NCBI GenBank assembly: GCA_964590675.1
Contig: CAZPWZ010000001.1
Coordinates: forward strand, 1,024 to 65,023
Length of the DNA stretch: 64,000 nucleotides
Direction: 5' to 3'
Source: an uncultured Draconibacterium sp.
GTDB taxonomy: Bacteria; Bacteroidota; Bacteroidia; Bacteroidales; FEN-979
The notes beneath the pieces are model-generated. The model did no database searches. It was not told where the DNA came from and saw nothing but the letters and a program-made list of their open reading frames with translations. Positions 18,787 through 27,203 of the stretch are shown here, piece by piece (positions within the stretch are counted from its first letter, which is position 1; each line of letters starts with the position of its first letter). A program made the translations under genes and the position numbers.

Positions 18787-21513
18787 TCAAGTGCATCCAG
18801 CACCTTCACTCCGACTGCCTCCCGGGCAGAAATACTCAATTTTCTCAGGAGGAATAGTTTCGAAAATAAAAGGAAGTGAGAGCGAATTGTCAATCTGAAA
18901 TCTTCCGATACATTGGTAATTTGGCAAGGTAAGTACATTTTCCCTCGTGAGGTAAGGCGTAAAATAGGGCATGATATAATCAACATCATTAATGCCCGGT
19001 CTGAAAAAAATCGTACTCCCCACATTACCAAGGACGGATTGCTTCATGCTTTCATTCAACTGACCAAGGGTTTGGTTCGCCAAAACAAGACTGAGCCTGT
19101 ATTTTCTGGATTCCGACATGGCATACATTATCGATTGGGAAACAAAATTCTGAAATTCATCAACAAAGAGAACGAAATCTTTACGGTCATTTTCATGGAT
19201 ATTTTCGCGTGAAAAGGCAGCATTAATTATTCTTGATAATATGATTGTCCCTAAAATATTAACTCCGATTTTACCAATTTTACCTTTCGATAGTGATACA
19301 AGCAATATTTTATCATTATCAATAATATCTCTGAAGTCAATATTACTTTTTTTTGCAGCAAAAATAGGTCTGATATATTCGTTAATCAGTAATTGGTTAA
19401 GTTTACTGGTTATATATGGAGTGAAATTTGCAAGTGAAAAATCCCCGGAAAGATTAACAGCTGTTTCCCTCCAAAAATCAACCACCTCTTTGTCTTTGCA
19501 TTTTTGTAACAAACTGTTTCTGAACTCAGCATTCTGAAAAATACTGGTTATATCGCCAATGGTACCCAAATTACCGGGATCATCCATGAGAAGGAGTAAT
19601 GAGTTTTTCATAAACAACTCGAACATAGGTCCCATAGTCTGATTTACATCATATTCCTGTCGGAAAAAATTAAATAAATCATCTATCAGAAAACTCTTTT
19701 CCTGCGGATTTTCTTTATTATATTCGAGGAGGTTAATTCTGACAGTATCTGCTGTATTTCCCGGCTCAAAGCGGATGATATCTTTAATTCTATTCTCAGG
19801 TATGTTCTCTAATATAGTTTTATGAAGATCTCCGTGCGGATCGATAACGCAAACACCCTTACCTGCATAAATCCTGTCCATGATCATTGAATAAAGGACA
19901 GTGGTTTTTCCTGTTCCTGTTTGGCCAAGTAAGTAAAGATGCTTTCTCAGATCTTCCATGCTGATCTTTATCGGAATATCACCCTCGCCGATGTTTTTTA
20001 TGCCGGTTACAATACCTGTTTTGCTCAAATTTTCAGGCATATAGCCATATATAGAATTATATGATCGAATACCAGGCATTGTAGCCGAAAATGGGTAAGG
20101 GAATTTGAAAACATTTACAATATTGCTGAAAGAATACAAGCTGTTCAAGACATAACTTTGCTTGCCTTCATCCGGCTTTTTTAATATATCGTTCTGTACA
20201 ATGGCCACAGCCGTGGTATTGACAAGTGTAGCACTGGCAAAAAAAGCTGAAGAGATGGCCGATATCAGATTTTTACCAATGCTCTTTGATTCCTGAGCTC
20301 CGTATACTTCCAGGAAAAAACATTTTGAAGGTGATTGTAAATAGGAAGACAGGGTTTGATAAGCATTTTCTTTGTCGGTTCCGGTGAAATAATATAAGTT
20401 GATCGTGTTGATCAATTCTTTCAGATGGTCAATTTCAAGTCTTGTTAATTTTACAGGTTTAAGAACGAGTTCAACCATGGTTCTGTTTTTTTGTTGAAAC
20501 AGATTTTCGCAAAAATTATCCAGTTTGATCTCAGGTTTCAATGAGGAGGGAAGTACTACCTTTTTCTCTTCCCTTTTTGTAACATCTGCCGAAAAACCAA
20601 TACTATTTGTAGAAAACTGAGCATTTACTGCAAAGTCGGGAATAAATTGCAAAAAATTACTGGTATTGAAAGGAAACAAAACATTTTTCAGATCCTTTTC
20701 GTCTACTATAGGAGCAAAATAAAAAATTGTTTTCCCATATTCCTTTTTTGGTTGCATAAACAGATCAAACTCATTCTGTATTTCGTGAAACCGAACCATG
20801 GCCTGCCAGTACGATTCGGTTTCGAACTCAAGAACAAGAACAGTGTCAATATATTCATCACCCGGTTTATACAAATACCGTAGTCGTAAGGTGAGGCCCG
20901 ATTCATAATATGTCAATGCATTCAGGAAGTTTAAATGCCAATCGTATGCCAACTGGCATAGGTATTCGGTTTCATGTTTATTGCCAAATGAAGCACAAAC
21001 AACCGAAACCAGCCGGTACGCAAAATATCCCTTAACAGTATTTTCATTTCGTGTTGAAACATAAAAAAAAGGGATTACCGCATGCTGGTCGGTTACACTT
21101 TTTGTTAAGTTTAAAAGCTTTTTTCGTTGAACCGACTGTTGAATGGCTTTTTCAATCTGCAAAAATAGAAGATCACCATCCAGGTCGGATTTGGAATAAT
21201 AATCGTTGGCTCCCAACCGGATACATTCCGAGATTCTTTTATGATCATCCTTTTCGCCAGTCAGAATGATTACCGGAATGAAATCATCAAATTCCCTTAT
21301 TTTTAAAATCCCATCAACACCCTGCATTTTCCCTGCTGAAAATGATAACCCGAGTATAACCGCGTCAATGCTGTTGGAATACTCTTTAAGTTTTTCCAAC
21401 CCATCCTCAATACTTTCTGTGTTGGTAACATTAAAATTATATTGGGTTGCAGATTTTTCAATAGCTGGCTGCCATTTTGAAAATCTTTCGTCAATCATCA
21501 GTATATCACGCAT
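18787..21513 (-). CDS. Pseudo-receiver (REC-like) / large unknown middle region / FtsK-HerA-TraD-type P-loop NTPase
   Basis: The N-terminal CheY-like fold has T and K conserved (IILTGE, GANDYYSKS), but the phospho-acceptor position reads DAVILGLSF (Gly, not Asp). The C-terminal has Walker A GQTGTGKTT, VIDPHGDL, Walker B VLFVDEFQNF and ESRKYRLSLVLANQTLGQL. Confidence 0.6.
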   Translation of the reverse strand: MRDILMIDERFSKWQPAIEKSATQYNFNVTNTESIEDGLEKLKEYSNSIDAVILGLSFSAGKMQGVDGILKIREFDDFIPVIILTGEKDDHKRISECIRLGANDYYSKSDLDGDLLFLQIEKAIQQSVQRKKLLNLTKSVTDQHAVIPFFYVSTRNENTVKGYFAYRLVSVVCASFGNKHETEYLCQLAYDWHLNFLNALTYYESGLTLRLRYLYKPGDEYIDTVLVLEFETESYWQAMVRFHEIQNEFDLFMQPKKEYGKTIFYFAPIVDEKDLKNVLFPFNTSNFLQFIPDFAVNAQFSTNSIGFSADVTKREEKKVVLPSSLKPEIKLDNFCENLFQQKNRTMVELVLKPVKLTRLEIDHLKELINTINLYYFTGTDKENAYQTLSSYLQSPSKCFFLEVYGAQESKSIGKNLISAISSAFFASATLVNTTAVAIVQNDILKKPDEGKQSYVLNSLYSFSNIVNVFKFPYPFSATMPGIRSYNSIYGYMPENLSKTGIVTGIKNIGEGDIPIKISMEDLRKHLYLLGQTGTGKTTVLYSMIMDRIYAGKGVCVIDPHGDLHKTILENIPENRIKDIIRFEPGNTADTVRINLLEYNKENPQEKSFLIDDLFNFFRQEYDVNQTMGPMFELFMKNSLLLLMDDPGNLGTIGDITSIFQNAEFRNSLLQKCKDKEVVDFWRETAVNLSGDFSLANFTPYITSKLNQLLINEYIRPIFAAKKSNIDFRDIIDNDKILLVSLSKGKIGKIGVNILGTIILSRIINAAFSRENIHENDRKDFVLFVDEFQNFVSQSIMYAMSESRKYRLSLVLANQTLGQLNESMKQSVLGNVGSTIFFRPGINDVDYIMPYFTPYLTRENVLTLPNYQCIGRFQIDNSLSLPFIFETIPPEKIEYFCPGGSRSEGAGCT

Positions 21514-21719
21514 ATTTCTTGTATTTTTCGATCAGCGAAGTTTTGAAGTTAAATCTGCTCCCAATTTATATATTTTCCAGTCAACATTTCCAATACTCGG
21601 ATACATTTTGGTGTAATACAACACCTGCCTTGAATCCTTCGCAAATCCTGATTCCACTTGTCAGATTGAACTTATTACTTGATTCAGCATTTTTTCCCAG
21701 TTGCTGATTTTATCGTGTC

Positions 21720-24179
21720 TCCTTTGCAGTCCTTGGACAGAATCCTTTGATAAGACAGGAGAACATGGAGAAATTGTTTTTAGTAGCGTTCTAGCAGTCC
21801 TTGGACGGAATCCTTTGATATGAGTCTTACGCAAATGACACAATTTCTTTGTTTGTGTTTCAGCAGTCCTTGGACGGAATCCTTTGATAAGAAAACTACT
21901 GAACAATTCTAACAACGCTTAAATTACGTTTCAGCAGTCCTTGGACGGAATCTTTTGATAAGAGAAACCTTTAAAACCATACGATATGACAAATTTTCTG
22001 TTTCAGCAGTCCTTGGACGGAATCCTTTGATAAGGTACTTAAAACCTGTTCTTATGAAAACAAAAGTCGTTTCAGCAGTCCTTGGACGGAATCCTTTGAT
22101 AAGCAATCAAAATAAACGAAAGCAATGAAAAAGATTACGTTTCAGCAGTCCTTGGACGGAATCCTTTGATAAGTCCACGATCCCGATGGCAAAATAAAGC
22201 AAAAAGTTTCAGCAGTCCTTGGACGGAATCCTTTGATAAGATTTTTTGCTACGAAGGAAACTCCTGTTTAGAATCAAGTTTCAGCAGTCCTTGGACGGAA
22301 TCCTTTGATAAGCGTAAAGAGCTCCGCCAGGCACAAAGAAATTCGTTTCAGCAGTCCTTGGACGGAATCCTTTGATAAGAAAGAAAATGAAAACACTGAC
22401 AAATTTCCATTTTGTTTCAGCAGTCCTTGGACGGAATCCTTTGATAAGATTTATAGCATACTTTATTTCTAATGTATGTTACTGATTCAGCAGTCCTTGG
22501 ACGGAATCCTTTGATAAGAAAAAAGCTCTTATGAAAAAACTGTTTCAATTTGTTTCAGCAGTCCTTGGACGGAATCCTTTGATAAGTTTTCGCTGGGACG
22601 ACCTGGAAGAAACTGCTTCGTTTCAGCAGTCCTTGGACGGAATCCTTTGATAAGACCCTTTTAAAAATGAAAAAAGTATTCCAGGCGTTTCAGCAGTCCT
22701 TGGACGGAATCCTTTGATAAGGTTAAAAATCTCTTTAAATTTTCATTATGGAGCAAGTTTCAGCAGTCCTTGGACGGAATCCTTTGATAAGATTTACAGA
22801 GAAGTAATGCTGAATCTATCACACTTGGTTTCAGCAGTCCTTGGACGGAATCCTTTGATAAGTTTTGCTCTTTATATTCATATGTTGTTTTATCGCTGTT
22901 TCAGCAGTCCTTGGACGGAATCCTTTGATAAGTTTAATCACTTTTCCCTTGATGAGTTTTTTATTCGTTTCAGCAGTCCTTGGACGGAATCCTTTGATAA
23001 GGAAGTGTTTGCTAGCTATGTGCTAGATTCTGTTCGTTTCAGCAGTCCTTGGACGGAATCCTTTGATAAGATGACAAAACATATCACCTGAAATGGAGTC
23101 GAACGTTTCAGCAGTCCTTGGACGGAATCCTTTGATAAGATGATCGAAGATTGAAACCAAATTGAAACGAATTGTTTCAGCAGTCCTTGGACGGAATCCT
23201 TTGATAAGTTATTGAAAGATTACAGCACAAGTGGTTTCCGTTTCAGCAGTCCTTGGACGGAATCCTTTGATAAGTTATTGAAAGATTACAGCACAAGTGG
23301 TTTCCGTTTCAGCAGTCCTTGGACGGAATCCTTTGATAAGAAAATAAAGAAAGGAAGTAACTATGCAAAAAGTATAGTTTCAGCAGTCCTTGGACGGAAT
23401 CCTTTGATAAGAAATTTGGAGGAGGACACCATGGATTACTACAACGTTTCAGCAGTCCTTGGACGGAATCCTTTGATAAGAAACCAATTAAAAATGCAAT
23501 CGATGGAAACGACCGTTTCAGCAGTCCTTGGACGGAATCCTTTGATAAGCTCTATCGTCGTGCTCATCCGGTATGGTATTCGTTTCAGCAGTCCTTGGAC
23601 GGAATCCTTTGATAAGAAATTATATAATTCAGTTCACACCAAACCAAAACCGTTTCAGCAGTCCTTGGACGGAATCCTTTGATAAGAACTTTGAGCAGAA
23701 AGGCGAGGCAGAATATGCCTAAACTGTTTCAGCAGTCCTTGGACGGAATCCTTTGATAAGTTAGAGAAAAATTTGTATGTAAAAATCCACAATCGTTTCA
23801 GCAGTCCTTGGACGGAATCCTTTGATAAGAAACGAAAGCAATGAAAAAGAAGATTACAATGCGTTTCAGCAGTCCTTGGACGGAATCCTTTGATAAGGAT
23901 CTTATATATATTCACAAATCTAAAAAATGACGTTTCAGCAGTCCTTGGACGGAATCCTTTGATAAGAACAGTTTTCAATCCAAATGGTATTTGGGAAACT
24001 TTTGTTTCAGCAGTCCTTGGACGGAATCCTTTGATAAGTTCAGATTTTCCCAGGAAAAGGCCATCAGGTTATTTTGTTTCAGCAGTCCTTGGACGGAATC
24101 CTTTGATAAGATACTCCAGAAAAAGAATAACAACAGCAAATTTCGTTTCAGCAGTCCTTGGACGGAATCCTTTGATAAG
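21720..24179 (-). CRISPR. CRISPR array, 36 repeats / 35 spacers. Plus-strand repeat GTTTCAGCAGTCCTTGGACGGAATCCTTTGATAAG (35 nt). Spacers 31-39 nt.
   Basis: Repeat starts were located by hand from 21720 to 24145 with a 66-74 nt period. Repeats at 21720, 21788 and 21928 are degenerate (trailer end), so the leader is at 24180+. Transcript-sense repeat is CTTATCAAAGGATTCCGTCCAAGGACTGCTGAAAC, ending in a GAAAC-type 5'-handle. Confidence 0.97.
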
Positions 24180-24639
24180 ACAATGTCTATCTGGTATTTA
24201 TAAAATATCAAAAGCAACATGTTTTATCAAAGTATTCATTTTTAATCACATTATCAAAAGATTATGAAAGTCAAACGATAATATTCGAAAATATGACAAT
24301 TTTTCTGGTTATATCCCTCACTTTTTTTTCATCATGGCTCTATTGTTATGAATAATAGCCTATTACAAATAATTTCGATTTCGCAAATGCATTATAACAT
24401 GTTCTGTTTTAGTGATTTTCGAAATTCATCCGTTTTTCCAATATGTCAAAGAACTCATTTTGTTCCTTTTAGATGAGAACGAATGGTCCCATTTTCGCAA
24501 GAAAACCAATATAATAATTTCTTATATTGGTTTTGCGAAAAGAACTTGTAAGTGTTGTTATGAATAAAACCATGCAATTCTGGTTTAGTCATCTGTATAC
24601 CAGTAAAATAAGCGTTTTATAATAAACTTCGCAAATGAA
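24180..24639 (-). promoter_or_regulatory. CRISPR leader (AT-rich, 460 bp between cas2 stop and first repeat)
   Basis: Adjacent to the intact-repeat end of the array. Contains three TTATCAAA(A)G copies (24206, 24224, 24251), a 20-bp-arm palindrome and TTCGCAAAT motifs. Confidence 0.7.
24492..24541. promoter_or_regulatory. Long imperfect palindrome/hairpin in the leader
   Basis: TTTTCGCAA(GAA)AACCAATATAA - TAATTTC - TTATATTGGTTTTGCGAAAA. The arms are 20 nt with one 3-nt bulge and a 7-nt spacer. No flanking T-run. Confidence 0.6.
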
Positions 24640-24924
24640 TTAAACAACAATCACCTGATCCATTCTGTCATTTACCCTTCCTATCCCCGACCTCTTAGGT
24701 ACACACGATTTGCAAAGATAATAATACAGTACACAATCCTCCGTTTCTTTTATCATATTTTTAAGTCTGATTTGTAATTTCATTAACTGACCTTGTGTTA
24801 CCAAACACTCGAAAACACTGTAATTGATGCGCATGCCAATGGCTTCAAGTGTTTTGGCAACCTTTGACCTGCGTTTGTCATCAGCAATATCATATGCGAT
24901 GACCCAGTACTCCTTGTCTACCAT
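24640..24924 (-). CDS. cas2: CRISPR-associated endoribonuclease Cas2
   Basis: YWVIAYDIADDKRRSKVAKTLEAIGMRINYSVFEC is the classic Cas2 N-terminus. 94 aa. Overlaps the RT-cas1 stop. Confidence 0.9.
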   Translation of the reverse strand: MVDKEYWVIAYDIADDKRRSKVAKTLEAIGMRINYSVFECLVTQGQLMKLQIRLKNMIKETEDCVLYYYLCKSCVPKRSGIGRVNDRMDQVIVV

Positions 24925-27203
24925 TTGTGAATATAGGATTTGTAATGTGGTGTTAAATCCAAAAGATAATCCCTTAAATTCCGGGCCTGGTGGTAAATTA
25001 TCTCGAATAACCTCATTTCAATGCCCCGGAATAATTCAATACCATTCAATCGCTCAATGACTTTGGTAGCCAATATTTTCTTGGTGTAAGCATCTAACAA
25101 CCCATTTTCACATTTTAACCTGGGATTCTTCATTAGCAAAGCAAACACCGGACGGTCAACTGCCTGCTGTCTGAACTCTTCTATAAAATCATAAACCAGC
25201 GAGGGCCGATTGTTTTCGGGCTTGTGAAGATAGCTTAGATTCGGGTTTAACCTCGTTCGAACCAGGGCTTCGGTAATTCGTCCATACAGAATTCCATAAC
25301 CATAATTCAGCATGCAATTGACCAGATCTGTAGCTCCCTGGCGTTCTCTTTTTTCAAAAGAGTTCTTTGTATTGATTATGATTGCCATAGTTTCCCAATA
25401 GTTCGTCGCCGCAAGACCTTCCATCGCAAATGCTTTCATGCGAAAATCATCCAGTTCTTCTTCCTCCAGCGCCAATATTTCATCAGCATATTTTATCATT
25501 GAATCACATGCTTTTACCACGGCCGACTCATAGCCTGTAATCCTGCTCTTGTAGTATTTACCGTAATATTTAATAAGGTTGACCTGGTTTGATATTTTCG
25601 CACGAACAATTTTCCGGATAAGATAAAAGCATTTCCCATTTGAATAACTTTTCAACTGGGCAAGTCCATTGGATTCTTCAAACCATTCGGGTTGATGAAT
25701 GATTGCATAAGGTTTCCCGTCATGACCTAAAAAATTGATTGAAATATGATATTCAGCGCATGCAGCAATTACATTTGACGAAAAAACAACGCCTTCACCC
25801 TGAATAATAATGGACTTCAAATTCAGCAGCGGAATCTCCTGAACTACTACATCTTTGTGTTTGACAACAATCCTCCCCTCCTGTTTACCAATCCAGGTGG
25901 ATGGTGTATTTACAACAAGATCGAAACCGGAGGATTCGAGTTTCTGATATTCCCGTTTCCGCTTTTTAACCCCTTTTACACTGCTGAAGGCTGCAGATGA
26001 TTGTTTAGCTGGTTTTAGCGTAGCTTTTTGGTTACGCCTAATGGATAATTGAGACTCAATGTACTCTCGTTTTTTAAAATTATGTTGTTTACCAAAGAAA
26101 TCAAATTTTGTTAATTCAAGGATGACCTTTTTCATTTGAGTTTCTGTACAATGTTCAATATTGGCTTTATGTCGCAGAACCGACATCAACTCATCATCAA
26201 GCAAGCACAAGGTTTCCTGCGGGACCAACTTTGCATAAAAAGTCGTTATCCCTATCAATACTTCGTGGAGTTTTTGTGTGATTAGCCCCTCTCCGATCTG
26301 TGCTGCTTCGGTCATTTTGGATACAAGTCGTTTATATTTGCGCTCGGAAAGTGATAAACCTGTCCCGGAAAAACTTATCCCGAGAAATTCAAAACCTTTT
26401 TCGACTGGAATAACTTTACTTCCTTCATTAAGATTCAGTTGCAGGTGTGATGTAATAACAGAAATTGCGTGGTTTAATGCCCTGACAGCTTCCGTTTCGC
26501 TCTTGCAAAGTATGATGAAATCATCCGCGTACCTGACATAACCAAACTGATTATCAACCATGGTTTTATCAAGAAGGTAGAGATAAAAGTTCGCAAGCAT
26601 AGGCGATATCACACCTCCCTGAGGAATGCCTTTGGTAGAGTCTTTCCAGGAATAATTTCTATTCACCCTCCCCATCGAAACAAACATCCTGATAATTTCT
26701 ACCATACCGGGACTTTTTAAAAAAGAGAGGAGTTTGCTATAGAGAAGATGATGTGGTATCGTATCGAAGAAATTGTCGATATCGCAAACAGCCAGCCAGG
26801 TTAAGTTCTCTTTTGTTATTAAGTGTTGTACCCGACAGATCGCTTTTACTGCTCCCTTTTTACTTCGATAGGCATAACTGACATTGAGGAAACTCTTTTC
26901 AAAAATGGGTGTTAGCACAAATGAAGCCGCCGTTTGTACAATTTTATCATTGATCGTAAGCAGCCCCAAGGTTCTTTTTTCTTTCTCATTCTTCGGAATT
27001 CTAGCCTCTAAATAGGGCTGCTGAATATATTTGCCGCTTTCAAGCAATGCAGCTAACTGCTCAATCTGTTTTTCGGCATGTTGCTGGTAATTTTCTACGG
27101 TTTGATGATCAATGCCCCCGGCTGTATGCTTCATTTTGACCCTTTGCCAAGCCAGGTTCAATGTTTCTTTACTGCAAAATTTTTGAAAAAGCGGGTCATT
27201 CAT
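24918..27203 (-). CDS. cas1: Reverse transcriptase-Cas1 fusion protein
   Basis: The N-terminal half carries group-II-intron-like RT motifs: DIDNFFDTIPH, GIPQGGVISPMLANFYL and VRYADDFIILC (YADD at 26520-26531). The C-terminal half carries Cas1 motifs: NCMLNYGYGILY and LSYLHKPENNRPSLVYDFIEEFR. Confidence 0.9.
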   Translation of the reverse strand: MNDPLFQKFCSKETLNLAWQRVKMKHTAGGIDHQTVENYQQHAEKQIEQLAALLESGKYIQQPYLEARIPKNEKEKRTLGLLTINDKIVQTAASFVLTPIFEKSFLNVSYAYRSKKGAVKAICRVQHLITKENLTWLAVCDIDNFFDTIPHHLLYSKLLSFLKSPGMVEIIRMFVSMGRVNRNYSWKDSTKGIPQGGVISPMLANFYLYLLDKTMVDNQFGYVRYADDFIILCKSETEAVRALNHAISVITSHLQLNLNEGSKVIPVEKGFEFLGISFSGTGLSLSERKYKRLVSKMTEAAQIGEGLITQKLHEVLIGITTFYAKLVPQETLCLLDDELMSVLRHKANIEHCTETQMKKVILELTKFDFFGKQHNFKKREYIESQLSIRRNQKATLKPAKQSSAAFSSVKGVKKRKREYQKLESSGFDLVVNTPSTWIGKQEGRIVVKHKDVVVQEIPLLNLKSIIIQGEGVVFSSNVIAACAEYHISINFLGHDGKPYAIIHQPEWFEESNGLAQLKSYSNGKCFYLIRKIVRAKISNQVNLIKYYGKYYKSRITGYESAVVKACDSMIKYADEILALEEEELDDFRMKAFAMEGLAATNYWETMAIIINTKNSFEKRERQGATDLVNCMLNYGYGILYGRITEALVRTRLNPNLSYLHKPENNRPSLVYDFIEEFRQQAVDRPVFALLMKNPRLKCENGLLDAYTKKILATKVIERLNGIELFRGIEMRLFEIIYHQARNLRDYLLDLTPHYKSYIHKW

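Noticed and set aside
18533-19031. ORFs 18533..18796, 18540..18725 and 18726..19031 overlapping repeat copy C and the 3' end of the 908-aa gene.
   Set aside because: They lie within the intergenic repeat or antisense to a well-supported CDS. Their products have no motifs and low-complexity composition.
21661-24267. Many ORF-track entries inside the CRISPR array (for example 22714..23091, 23212..23682, 23655..23978, 23890..24267, 21924..22106).
   Set aside because: Their proteins are just translated repeats (FSSPWTESFDK, VSAVLGRNPLI, LSKDSVQGLLK, IKGFRPRTAET recurring every ~22 aa). They are artefacts of the array, not genes.
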